Origin: a virus
Reading direction: 5' to 3' (one strand)
DNA length: 42,725 nucleotides
Virus record (IMG/VR): IMGVR_UViG_3300020202_000040
Span: 1 to 42,725 of that record
In this document: positions 7,419 through 15,744 of the stretch, piece by piece
How the letters are laid out: every line of letters begins with the position of its first letter
Position numbering within the stretch: the first letter of the stretch is position 1
Made by a program: the position numbers and the translations under genes
Notes under the pieces: generated by a model
Database searches by the model: none
What the model saw: only the letters and a program-made list of their open reading frames with translations
Told to the model about the DNA's origin: nothing

Positions 7419-9970
7419 TGCCGAAGGCCACCACCAAACGCCCCACCCGCGCCCCCAAGTCCCCCACCCCCGGCCGCGAGGTCTACGAGCCCTACGCGAT
7501 GGGCACGGTCATGGTGGGGGAGGGCATGTCCCGCCAGTTCTCGTTCAACCCCACCGACAACGCCCTGGTGCGGCGGTGCGTGCAGCAGACGATGGCCTGG
7601 GCCGTGGCGTTCAACGCGATGGCGTGCGCCCAACAGAAGCTCCGCCTGTTCCGCACCACCAAGGCCAAGGGCAAGGCCCTGTGGGCGGGCAAGCGGGTGA
7701 CTAACCGCAAGATGCTCCGCCACCTGCGCGGGGAGGGTCTGTACGACGCGGGCACCAAGGCTCTTGAGCTGAGCAATGAGGGGGACGTTGAGGAAGTGCT
7801 TGACCACCCAGCGCTAACCCTGTTCCGCCAGCCCGACCCCTTCCAAACCAGCATCGACTTCATGGAGACGCACTTCTGGGGCAAGGAAGCGGTGGGACGC
7901 TCGTACACCTGCAAGGCCGAGCGGGGCAGCGACGGGACGCCGGTGAGCCTGTACAACCTGCTGCCCGCCTACATGACCGTGCAGCCAGACGAGCGCACGT
8001 TCATCCGTGGGTACTGGTACGGGCGCAACACGGTGGCGCAGAGGATGTACACGCCCGCCGATGTGATCTACCACCGGCACATGACGAACAAGCTGAACCC
8101 CCTGGAAGCCTACTCGTGGCCGTCCACGCTCCAGATGGAGTCAGACTGCGAGATGGCGGCGGTGCAGAGCGAGGTGGCGAAGTGGAACAACGGCGGGCAG
8201 CCGGGCATGATCGTGAGCATTGACGGCACACCCCCGTCTCCCACGGCGCGGGCACAGATCGAGTCTGACTGGGCGCGGCAGGTCAAGGGGGTGCAGAAAC
8301 ATGGCGGCGCATTCTTCATATTCGGCAAGGCCAGCGTTACACAGGGCACCGACTCGAAAGAGATGCAGTACGTCGAGGGCCTGACCAAGATCGAGAAGCG
8401 CATCTACCGCGCGGCCGGCATCCCCGACTCCATCGTGGAGATGAGCAAGTCGAACCTGGCGAACGCTTGGCGGGCGGATCCGCAGTACTGCTCGCAGGTG
8501 ATCCTCCCCCGGATCAATAAGTCGGCGGAGGAGTTCAACCTGTGGCTCCTCTACAGCGACTTCGATCTGGACCCGGGCGAGTACTTCTTCGCGTTCGACA
8601 ACCCGGTGAAGGAGGACGAGGTAGCGGCGGTGGACCGGGCGGTGAAGCTGGTTACGGCGGGGATCATCCGCCGAGAGGTGATCGCGGCGGAGCTTGGGTA
8701 TTTGCCGGAGGATGTGGGGACGGACCCCAACGCCGTGCCGGAGCCTGTGGAGGTGGAGGATGGGGCCGAACAGACCGATCCCGAGGGCGGCGACACGACG
8801 GTGGATGGCACAGTCGCCGCGCCGACCGGGCGGGACGTACAGGCGGAGGCCCTCAATGGCGCACAGGTCACAGCACTGGCGGAGTTGGCTTCGCAGGTCG
8901 CGCTGGGTCAACTGCCCGAGCGTTCGGCCCGCGCGATTGCACGGGCGGCGTTCCCCCTCGTGTCCGACGAACTGCTCACCGAAATCTTCGGGGGGCTGGA
9001 AGCCTTCGAGCCAGAGCCCGATCCCACAGCCGCACCGCCCGATAACACTAAACCCCCGAACGGTAATGGACCTAGCAACGTGGCAGTGGGCGGCGACGGT
9101 GCGAAAGCCTTGGGAACTGAACTGACGCGCGGTAGCGTGAGCGCCCATGAGCGAGGCGGATCAACGGCGTCTGGTGCAGATCATGGCTCAACTAGAGCGC
9201 ATGACGAAGCCCGCTTCCCCTCCACCTCCCCCGCCCGCAAACGGCTTGCGCTTGAACCCCGGGAAGGGTGCGAGTGTGGACATCCCGCCGGACATATTCA
9301 CGGCAAAGCCACCGAGCCCGAAACGTCGCTTGGACAACTGAAGGCGAAGCTTGAGGCGTGGCTGAAGGCGACGTACCCGGAGGCGTTGCAGCCGGACGGG
9401 TCGGTGGTGCTGACGCCCGCGCAGGAGCAGGACCTACAGGCCATCCTCGGCCCTGTCATCCGTGAGTACATGGAGGAGGGCGCCAGCGCCACCGCGGGCA
9501 AGCTGGGCGGGGAGTGGGGCGGGATCGCCACCAACCCCCGGGCCTTGGAGTGGGCCGAGCAGCACGCGGCGGAGGCGGTCAGGGACATCGCGGACACGAC
9601 GCGGGCGGAGCTGAACGCGGCGGTCACTTCGGGCTTGCAGGAGTCGCGGACGCTGAACGAGATTCAGGCCGACATCCGCGAGCGGGTGCCGGAGATTGCG
9701 AGTGCGCGGGCGGAGGTCATCGCCCGCACCGAAACCGCCACGGCCTACAACCGGGGCGGGGTGATCGCGGCGAAAGAGAACGGGTACACGCACAAGCAGA
9801 TTGACCTCGCGGGGGGGTCGTGCCCCACCTGTGAGGCGGTGGTGGCGGCGCACCCCGAAGGCGTGCCGATTGACGGGAGTTTCATGGTGGAGGGGACGCC
9901 GATGTACAGCAGCCCGCTGCACCCGAACTGCCGGTGTGCCACAACGTTTGAGGACAGGAGCGAAGGATGA
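7418..9970 (+). CDS. Portal protein fused to a MuF/SPP1-gp7-type head morphogenesis domain
   Basis: 850-aa single ORF. The N-terminal ~530 aa is portal-like, including LNGAQVTALAELASQVALGQLPERSARAIARAAF. A Pro/Gly-rich linker follows. The C-terminus has ARTETATAYNRGG...CPTCEA...PLHPNCRC, typical of MuF-like minor head proteins. Confidence 0.8.
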   Translation: MPKATTKRPTRAPKSPTPGREVYEPYAMGTVMVGEGMSRQFSFNPTDNALVRRCVQQTMAWAVAFNAMACAQQKLRLFRTTKAKGKALWAGKRVTNRKMLRHLRGEGLYDAGTKALELSNEGDVEEVLDHPALTLFRQPDPFQTSIDFMETHFWGKEAVGRSYTCKAERGSDGTPVSLYNLLPAYMTVQPDERTFIRGYWYGRNTVAQRMYTPADVIYHRHMTNKLNPLEAYSWPSTLQMESDCEMAAVQSEVAKWNNGGQPGMIVSIDGTPPSPTARAQIESDWARQVKGVQKHGGAFFIFGKASVTQGTDSKEMQYVEGLTKIEKRIYRAAGIPDSIVEMSKSNLANAWRADPQYCSQVILPRINKSAEEFNLWLLYSDFDLDPGEYFFAFDNPVKEDEVAAVDRAVKLVTAGIIRREVIAAELGYLPEDVGTDPNAVPEPVEVEDGAEQTDPEGGDTTVDGTVAAPTGRDVQAEALNGAQVTALAELASQVALGQLPERSARAIARAAFPLVSDELLTEIFGGLEAFEPEPDPTAAPPDNTKPPNGNGPSNVAVGGDGAKALGTELTRGSVSAHERGGSTASGADHGSTRAHDEARFPSTSPARKRLALEPREGCECGHPAGHIHGKATEPETSLGQLKAKLEAWLKATYPEALQPDGSVVLTPAQEQDLQAILGPVIREYMEEGASATAGKLGGEWGGIATNPRALEWAEQHAAEAVRDIADTTRAELNAAVTSGLQESRTLNEIQADIRERVPEIASARAEVIARTETATAYNRGGVIAAKENGYTHKQIDLAGGSCPTCEAVVAAHPEGVPIDGSFMVEGTPMYSSPLHPNCRCATTFEDRSEG

Positions 9971-10500
9971 CGTGCATTGTCGGGGTCATTCACAACCGCA
10001 GGGTCTACATGGGCGGTGACTCCGCTGGCGTGTCGGGCTACTCCGTAACCTCGCGCAAGGATCCCAAGGTGTTTCGCCGTGGCGAACTGGTCATCGGCTA
10101 CACCAGCAGTTTCCGCATGGGGCAGGTGTTACGGTTCTCCCCGTCTGTGCCCGACAAGCCCGAAGGGGCCGACCTGTACGAATGGCTCTGCACCAAGTTC
10201 GTGGACGGGTGCCGGAAGGCCATGAAGGAGGCCGGGTACACCGAGACAGAGAACGGGCGGGAGTCCGGTGGCACGTTCCTTGTGGGCGTGCGCGGGCGTC
10301 TGTTCACTGTGCAGTCCGACTTTCAGGTGGGAGAGACGCGGGACGGATTCTCGGCTTGCGGTTGTGGGACGGACCTCGCGCTGGGGGCTATGGCCGTCAC
10401 CAGAGGTAAGAAGCCGGAGGACCGCATACGGGCGGCCCTGGCTGTGGCGGAGCGATTCTCGGCGGGCGTTCGCAGCCCCTTTCTGGTTGTGAAGGAGTAA
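9967..10500 (+). CDS. HslV/proteasome-beta-like Ntn hydrolase
   Basis: ATGA overlap. MTCIVGVIHNRRVYMGGDSAG parallels HslV [22 protein letters not shown] (Thr2 nucleophile). FSACGCGTDLALGAMAV parallels IAIGSGGPYAQAAARAL. Confidence 0.55.
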   Translation: MTCIVGVIHNRRVYMGGDSAGVSGYSVTSRKDPKVFRRGELVIGYTSSFRMGQVLRFSPSVPDKPEGADLYEWLCTKFVDGCRKAMKEAGYTETENGRESGGTFLVGVRGRLFTVQSDFQVGETRDGFSACGCGTDLALGAMAVTRGKKPEDRIRAALAVAERFSAGVRSPFLVVKE

Positions 10501-10505
10501 CAGGC

Positions 10506-11210
10506 ATGGTCGCCACACTCAAAGGGCCGGACATCATCCGCAAGCTGCGCGAGGCGCACCCCGAACTGGACGCCGGGGCGCGGCTGGGCGTCGTGTCCTC
10601 GTTCTGCAAGGATTCCCGCGTCGAGGCCAACGCCGGGCGGAAGTCCGTCGAGATCGTCGGCACCCTCACAACCGACGACATCGACCTGGACGAAGAGCGC
10701 GTGCTGCCCGATGGCATCGACTTCAACGGGTACATGATGAAGAACCGTAACTGGTTCGTTGACCACGACTACAGCCTCCTCTCGTGCGTGGGCAAGGTGC
10801 GCAGTCTCACCCGCAAGGGCAACGGGTGGCAGTACCGGGTCCAGATGCTGTACAACCCAGAGAACCCGCTGATCCAGGCCGTCGTGTCTCTGGCGGAGGC
10901 GGGGTCCTGCCCCACCTCCATCGGCTTCTGTGAGAAGGACGGCGGGGCACCGACGAAGGATGAGGAGCGGCGTTACCCCGGCAAGGCGTTCATCGTCCGC
11001 AAGTGCGTGGCGGTCGAGGGGTCGTTTACGGCCATGCCCTGCAACGTCTCCTGCCAGTCTGGGCAGGTCGTGTTTACCGGGAGCGAGGAGAAGGCGGAGA
11101 CGGCGCGGGGAATCCTCGTCAAGTCCCGCATCCCGGAGGCGTACTGGGCACGGCTGGGGCTGGCACCCGTCAAGGCGAAGCGGCGGATACTGGTGTGGGA
11201 TGGGCGGTAG
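10506..11210 (+). CDS. HK97-family prohead protease (S78/U35-like)
   Basis: Lies between portal and capsid; NWFVDHDYSLLSCVGKV (His region) and CPTSIGF (Ser region) resemble the family pattern. Confidence 0.55.
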   Translation: MVATLKGPDIIRKLREAHPELDAGARLGVVSSFCKDSRVEANAGRKSVEIVGTLTTDDIDLDEERVLPDGIDFNGYMMKNRNWFVDHDYSLLSCVGKVRSLTRKGNGWQYRVQMLYNPENPLIQAVVSLAEAGSCPTSIGFCEKDGGAPTKDEERRYPGKAFIVRKCVAVEGSFTAMPCNVSCQSGQVVFTGSEEKAETARGILVKSRIPEAYWARLGLAPVKAKRRILVWDGR

Positions 11211-11222
11211 GGAGAACCGAGC

Positions 11223-11540
11223 ATGGGAAAGAAGATTTACGAGAGCGACGTTCCGGACGTGCCCACAAACTTCTGGTATGGGTCAGAGCGTGAGGATGCC
11301 GGGGAATCCCTCCCACTGATTCAGATGCACGGCGAACAGTCTTACCGGCGCGGTTACTACCAAGCCGTATACGTTGTGCTGGAATACCTGCGGGCCGGGC
11401 ACAGCCCCGAAAGGATCAAGCGGTTCCTTGAGGGGCCGCTGTACAAATGGCGGTACGACACCGCCGTGGACACGATGAAGTGGGCCCCCGAGATAGCCCA
11501 CCCAAGCAGAACACCCCCGGGGACAGCATCCCCGGCCTGA
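11223..11540 (+). CDS. Hypothetical protein (105 aa)
   Basis: ORF with an upstream purine-rich site; followed by an intrinsic terminator. Confidence 0.6.
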   Translation: MGKKIYESDVPDVPTNFWYGSEREDAGESLPLIQMHGEQSYRRGYYQAVYVVLEYLRAGHSPERIKRFLEGPLYKWRYDTAVDTMKWAPEIAHPSRTPPGTASPA

Positions 11541-11557
11541 CCCGATGAGGGTTCTCG

Positions 11558-11586
11558 AAGCCCGCCAGTAATGGCGGGTTTTTCTT
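11558..11586 (+). terminator. Rho-independent terminator
   Basis: AAGCCCGCC-agtaat-GGCGGGTTT stem-loop followed by TTTTTCTT. Confidence 0.75.
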
Positions 11587-11636
11587 GCGCCCGCATAGCC
11601 CCGTCGTCATGACGGTTTCGTGACGGCGCGCCAGAG

Positions 11637-11656
11637 TGGTGCCAGAATGGTGCCAG
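11637..11656. repeat. TGGTGCCAG x2, 11-bp phasing
   Basis: Copies at 11637-11645 and 11648-11656 in a non-coding island. Confidence 0.8.
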
Positions 11657-11683
11657 CGCGCGCCGATCTGCCGCCCCAAAGTC

Positions 11684-11724
11684 CCTGCGAAACCACCTGC
11701 GGCACCCCTGCGAAAAACCCTGCG
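11684..11724. repeat. CCTGCG x4 iteron-like direct repeats with 11-12 bp phasing
   Basis: Copies start at 11684, 11696, 11707 and 11719; pairs are organised as CCCTGCGAAA..CCTGCGG. Confidence 0.8.
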
Positions 11725-11796
11725 GTCTCCGCCCACGGCGCACCGACTGCCCACAGACTGCACAGCAACAGCACACGGACTACCCACGCGCGCCTG

Positions 11797-11839
11797 TTTG
11801 GTGCGCAAAGTGCGCGCAAAAACACCAAATGCGCGCAAC
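11797..11839. repeat. TGCGC(GC)AA x3 plus inverted repeat TTTGGTG/CACCAAA
   Basis: TGCGCAAA 11802-09, TGCGCGCAAA 11811-20, TGCGCGCAAC 11830-39; inverted-repeat arms at 11797-11803 and 11823-11829. Confidence 0.75.
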
Positions 11840-11908
11840 TTTGCCGCCACCCTTGCCGGTATGGGCATAGTTCCCTACGGGCGCTCCCATCACCCAAACT
11901 GATGCCCC

Positions 11909-11937
11909 TTGCTTTCTCCATCACTCCCGGTTATGGT
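11909..11937 (+). promoter_or_regulatory. Candidate promoter for the capsid/late genes (TTGCTT-17-TATGGT)
   Basis: Sits in a locally AT-richer stretch ~130 nt upstream of the capsid ATG. Confidence 0.3.
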
Positions 11938-12067
11938 TAGCTGTCCGACATTCCAGACTGATGACGCCAGCCCCTTGGCGGTGAGCGCGCTACGGCCCCC
12001 TCACTACTTCGCGGTTGCCCGATGAGGTCGAGTTTCCCAACTCGCACAACTCACAAGGGCAACCACC

Positions 12068-13501
12068 ATGAACCGCAAGCAGCTTTTGGCGTTCCTCGCC
12101 AAGCAGGGCTACAAGGGCGCGTCAGTTCTCGCAGACATCAAGGCTTGGATCGCCGAGCAGAACGCCACCATCTCCGACCCGTCCGGGGAGGAGGTTGACG
12201 TTGACGCGGCTTGGGCGACCAAGGCCGCTCTGACCGTCGATGACGCCAGCACCAAGGCGCACGAGGCCGACGAAGACCCCGATTCCGTCACCGTCAGCAC
12301 CGCCGAGCTGAACCGCCTGAAGGCTGCGGCCCGGGTGGAGAACCAGAAGGTCCGGGGCACCAACCCGCCCCGCAACCCAGCCGACGCGCCGGCCATCCAC
12401 ACCGGAAACGACCGCTTCGCCCGCAAGTCCTACCAGGGCAAGATCGCCCGGGGCGAGGCCAAGTTCGGCGACGTTGACCAGGCCGAGTACGTTGGCGCGA
12501 CCCTGCGGCTCGCGTCGATGGCCCCCTTCGGCACGAAGTCGTACCGCCAGCGCGAGAGCGACGAGGCCATCGTCGCCAACGTCGTTGGCAAGACGGGCTC
12601 CAGCACCAACAACAGCATCGGCGGGTTCCTCATCCCCGACGACGTGAGCATGTCTATTTCGTGGGCGACCGAGGCCAGCGGCATTGCCCGCCGCCTGTTC
12701 AACGTGCAGCGGATGACCCGCGATACGTGGAGCGGCAACCGCAAGACGGCCATGATCTCCATGACCCACCGGGCGCAGTCGGGCTCGATGACGGCCACCG
12801 ACGACACGCTGGACCGGATCAACCTCATCGCCAAGGAGGTCTACGCCCTGGTGCGCCTCCCCACCTCACTGCTGGAGGATTCGGCGGTCAGCATCGCGGA
12901 GGAGTACAGCAAGAGCTTCGCGGAGGCTCAGGGTCGCCGCGAGGATCAGGACGCCTTCATCGGCGACGGCTCGGCCACCTACGGCGGGCACGTTGGGCTC
13001 GCCAACGCCTTGCGTTCTGGCGCGTACATCGCTCAGGCGACCTCGAACACCTGGGCGGCGCAGGTTGAGGCCGATCACCTGAAGCTCATGGGCTCGGTCG
13101 AGAACGTTGACACCAAGCGGCTCGCGTTCCTGTGCAGCCGTCAGTACTACGTACAGGTCATGCTCCGCCTCGCGCTGGGCAAGTCGGGCAACAACGCCCG
13201 TGACACACGCGAGGGGCTAGGGATGCTCGGCGCGGACGCCGTGTACCTCGGGCACCCCGTGTTCTTCTCGCCCGACCTTCCGATCATCACGGCGACCACG
13301 GCCAAGTCGGTGTACTTCGGGGACTTCCAGGGCGGGGCCACGCTGGGCGACCGGCGCGACCTCACCGTGTCCACCTCCGAGCACGCCTACTTCACCACCG
13401 ACGAGTACGCGATCAAGGCCACGGCCCGCATCGCGGTGAACGTCCACAGCGACGGGCGCTCCGGCACCTTCGGCAACATCGTCTGCCTCAAGAACGGCTG
13501 A
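12068..13501 (+). CDS. Major capsid protein, HK97 fold, with N-terminal delta/scaffold-like domain
   Basis: 477 aa; helical acidic N-terminus, then GGFLIPDDVS...LIAKEVYALVRLPTSLLEDS...EDQDAFIGDGS...YFTTDEYAIKATARIAV, typical of the Phage_capsid family. Confidence 0.9.
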   Translation: MNRKQLLAFLAKQGYKGASVLADIKAWIAEQNATISDPSGEEVDVDAAWATKAALTVDDASTKAHEADEDPDSVTVSTAELNRLKAAARVENQKVRGTNPPRNPADAPAIHTGNDRFARKSYQGKIARGEAKFGDVDQAEYVGATLRLASMAPFGTKSYRQRESDEAIVANVVGKTGSSTNNSIGGFLIPDDVSMSISWATEASGIARRLFNVQRMTRDTWSGNRKTAMISMTHRAQSGSMTATDDTLDRINLIAKEVYALVRLPTSLLEDSAVSIAEEYSKSFAEAQGRREDQDAFIGDGSATYGGHVGLANALRSGAYIAQATSNTWAAQVEADHLKLMGSVENVDTKRLAFLCSRQYYVQVMLRLALGKSGNNARDTREGLGMLGADAVYLGHPVFFSPDLPIITATTAKSVYFGDFQGGATLGDRRDLTVSTSEHAYFTTDEYAIKATARIAVNVHSDGRSGTFGNIVCLKNG

Positions 13502-13547
13502 TCCAACCGCACAACGGGCGGCGTGATGCCGCGCGAAAGGAACGACC

Positions 13548-13979
13548 ATGATTCACGAACAGAACACGAAGTTGGTTGTGGGGCTGGCCCCCATCAGCCT
13601 CAACTCGGCGGCGGCTACGGCCCTGACCGTGGACACGCTGGGCTACAGCTACGCGACCTGGGTCGTCCAGTTCGGCGTGATCGGCGGCGCGGCCACGGTG
13701 TTCAAGCTGGAGGAGTCAGCCACCGACTTCACCGGCGCGGCCATCGCAGCCTTCACGGGCGCCGGCTCCACCGGCAATCTGCGCCTGCCCCAGACCGCCG
13801 ACGCGGGCAAGATTTTCGTTTACCACTGCGCCCTCGGCGGGGACCGCAAGCGATACCAGCAGTTCCAGATCACCACGGGCGCTACCACGCTCGTGAGCGT
13901 GACCTGCATTCTTTCGCGGGCCAACGCCGTCCCTGTCGGCGCCACCGCTCGCGGCCTCGCGGCTGAGGTCATCGGCTGA
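13548..13979 (+). CDS. Hypothetical head-associated protein (143 aa)
   Basis: Immediately downstream of the capsid gene; beta-rich. Confidence 0.6.
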   Translation: MIHEQNTKLVVGLAPISLNSAAATALTVDTLGYSYATWVVQFGVIGGAATVFKLEESATDFTGAAIAAFTGAGSTGNLRLPQTADAGKIFVYHCALGGDRKRYQQFQITTGATTLVSVTCILSRANAVPVGATARGLAAEVIG

Positions 13980-14019
13980 TCCCACGCACTCTCTCTCCTC
14001 CCGCTCCGGCTGGGCCGCA

Positions 14020-14040
14020 AGCCCCGCCGGGGCTTTGGTC
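14020..14040 (+). terminator. Weak hairpin (AGCCCC-gcc-GGGGCT + TTTGG)
   Basis: Short stem, poor U-tract. Confidence 0.25.
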
Positions 14041-14118
14041 AAACCACAGTCCATCAAGAACAAGGCCGTGCGCAAACCGCGCGGGCCGGTGAAGGGCACG
14101 AAGCCCAAGGGGAAGTGA
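14035..14118 (+). CDS. Possible 27-aa lysine-rich micro-ORF (LVKPQSIKNKAVRKPRGPVKGTKPKGK)
   Basis: TTG start; 24 of 27 third positions are G/C as in real genes here; the stop is 1 nt before ATG 14120; below the ORF-track size cutoff. Confidence 0.3.
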   Translation: MVKPQSIKNKAVRKPRGPVKGTKPKGK

Positions 14119-14119
14119 T

Positions 14120-14704
14120 ATGGCCCTCCCAGCTCTCGCACGCCCTGACGCGACGATTCCTGCTGTCGGCGGCGCTCACTCGGTCCCCGGGTCCATCCGC
14201 TCCGATTGGGTGGTGGCTCACACCAACCTGAAGGCCGCAGCGGCATCGGCTGGGGTGCTGAAGGCCCCGCTGTCCTGCACCGCCGCCGAGGTGGTGCTGA
14301 TGCGGGTGCCCGACGCCTGTACGCGGGTGTACGTGCGCGGGCGGTACGCCACGGGCGTGATTACCTCCATGACCACGCAGCCGGTAGTGCAGGTCTACTC
14401 GATCTTCTTCCCCAACTCGGGAGCCCTGCCGTACACCGGAACCGACGCGGCCCCGGTACTCATCAAGGACGGCACGGTGCGGGCCATGCGGGTGGACGCG
14501 ACCACGCAGGCGGGGACGGCACAGACAGTCACGCTCATCCCGTCCACGGACATCGCGGACGACGTTTACAGCTACACCGACTGCCCCGACCAAGTCGGGT
14601 GGGACCTGCGCGGGGGCGCGTACTGCCTCGTGCTCGTGAAGACGGCGGGCGTCATCAACGTGGGCGCTGGTGCCATCGACCTCCAGGCGATGTTCACGAA
14701 CTAA
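14120..14704 (+). CDS. Hypothetical structural protein (194 aa)
   Basis: Lies in the head/connector block; beta-rich. Confidence 0.65.
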   Translation: MALPALARPDATIPAVGGAHSVPGSIRSDWVVAHTNLKAAAASAGVLKAPLSCTAAEVVLMRVPDACTRVYVRGRYATGVITSMTTQPVVQVYSIFFPNSGALPYTGTDAAPVLIKDGTVRAMRVDATTQAGTAQTVTLIPSTDIADDVYSYTDCPDQVGWDLRGGAYCLVLVKTAGVINVGAGAIDLQAMFTN

Positions 14705-14713
14705 GGACCCCCC

Positions 14714-15382
14714 GTGGCCGACCTTGTAACCACAGCCGAGTACAAGGCATACGCGAACATCAGCGTGACCACATGGGACACGCAGATCGGCGTGCTCATC
14801 GACATCGCCTGCGAGATCCTGCGGTCGGAATGCGGCCGCGACCTGACGACCGGCTTCGAGTCCGCCGCCCGCACCGAGTACTACGAGGGCACCGGCACCG
14901 ACACTCTGCAACTGCGGGAGTGGCCGGTGGCGACTCTGACATCAGTGACACAGGTGGACGCGGAGAACACGGCGATAGGGTCGGCCTACGACGCCAGCAC
15001 CTACTACCTGGAAAACGCGGGCGCCTCGGGCCTGCTGCGGTGGTACGGGTCGGCGTCGGGGCGGTTCGCTGCCTCGCGCGTGGGGCTGGGCTGGTACGAC
15101 ACCAACCCCGTGGACGGCTTCGGCACGTACCCCGCTTGGTGCTCGGGCTCTCGTTACAAGGTCGTGTACACCGGCGGGTACGGCACCATCCCGAACAAGG
15201 TGAAGTTCGCGGTCTACCAGCTCATCGACCTGCTGCGGGCAGAGGCCGCGACTGGCGCGTCCACGGGTCTGAAGTCTGAGAGTATCGTGGACTACTCGTA
15301 CACGCGCGAGAGCGTGACGGGCGCGGGCAAGGCCGAGCGTATAGCGGCGATTGTGGCACCCCTGCGAACGGGGGGCCTGTGA
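14714..15382 (+). CDS. Head-tail connector (gp6-like adaptor)
   Basis: GTG start; N-terminal LVTTAEYKAYANIS...IGVLIDIACEILRSECGRDL fits the gp6-like connector pattern; position agrees. Confidence 0.6.
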   Translation: MADLVTTAEYKAYANISVTTWDTQIGVLIDIACEILRSECGRDLTTGFESAARTEYYEGTGTDTLQLREWPVATLTSVTQVDAENTAIGSAYDASTYYLENAGASGLLRWYGSASGRFAASRVGLGWYDTNPVDGFGTYPAWCSGSRYKVVYTGGYGTIPNKVKFAVYQLIDLLRAEAATGASTGLKSESIVDYSYTRESVTGAGKAERIAAIVAPLRTGGL

Positions 15383-15744
15383 ACACGCCCTACCACCTGC
15401 TGACGAGCACGGCGACGGTGGCGGTGCTGTCCACCACGGCTGACAACGCCGGGGCGGAGAAGCTGTCGTGGTCAACGGCGGGGCAGGCCACCATCCCCTG
15501 CAACATCCAGCCGATCAGCACCGCCAACAACATGCAGTACGGGCGGGACACCGCGACACGCCTGTTCACCATCCTGCTGTCCCCCACAGACTCCGCGGGC
15601 GTTGACGTTCTCTCCCGCCTCAACGGCAAGAACCGCATCGTCATCGGATCCGACACCTACGGGATGGAGCCGGGGATGAACGTGGCGGGGCAGAGCGCTT
15701 TGTACAAGGTCATCGCCGAGCGGGTGGAGGGGGTGCATCCGTGA
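15379..15744 (+). CDS. Head closure / head-tail joining protein (SPP1 gp16-like)
   Basis: GTGA overlap; size, position and the ...IPCNIQPIS...RLFTILL...IVIGSDTYGM... pattern. Confidence 0.5.
   Translation: MNTPYHLLTSTATVAVLSTTADNAGAEKLSWSTAGQATIPCNIQPISTANNMQYGRDTATRLFTILLSPTDSAGVDVLSRLNGKNRIVIGSDTYGMEPGMNVAGQSALYKVIAERVEGVHP

Noticed and set aside
11637-11839. Short direct repeats considered as a possible CRISPR array.
   Set aside because: The repeat units are only 6-10 bp with 11-12 bp phasing. This is far shorter than CRISPR repeats and spacers, and no cas genes are present.
11958-11986. Hammerhead-ribozyme-like CTGATGA followed by a stem-loop CGCCA-gcccct-TGGCG. CCGATGAGG also occurs at 11542 and 12019.
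   Set aside because: The sequence after stem II is GTGAGC rather than the required GAAA core. The other two sites lack the conserved U of CUGAUGA.
14206-15279. 357-aa + strand ORF overlapping two structural genes in another frame.
   Set aside because: The translation is R/G/H-rich nonsense. The alternative frames encode a structural protein and a gp6-like connector with proper coupling.
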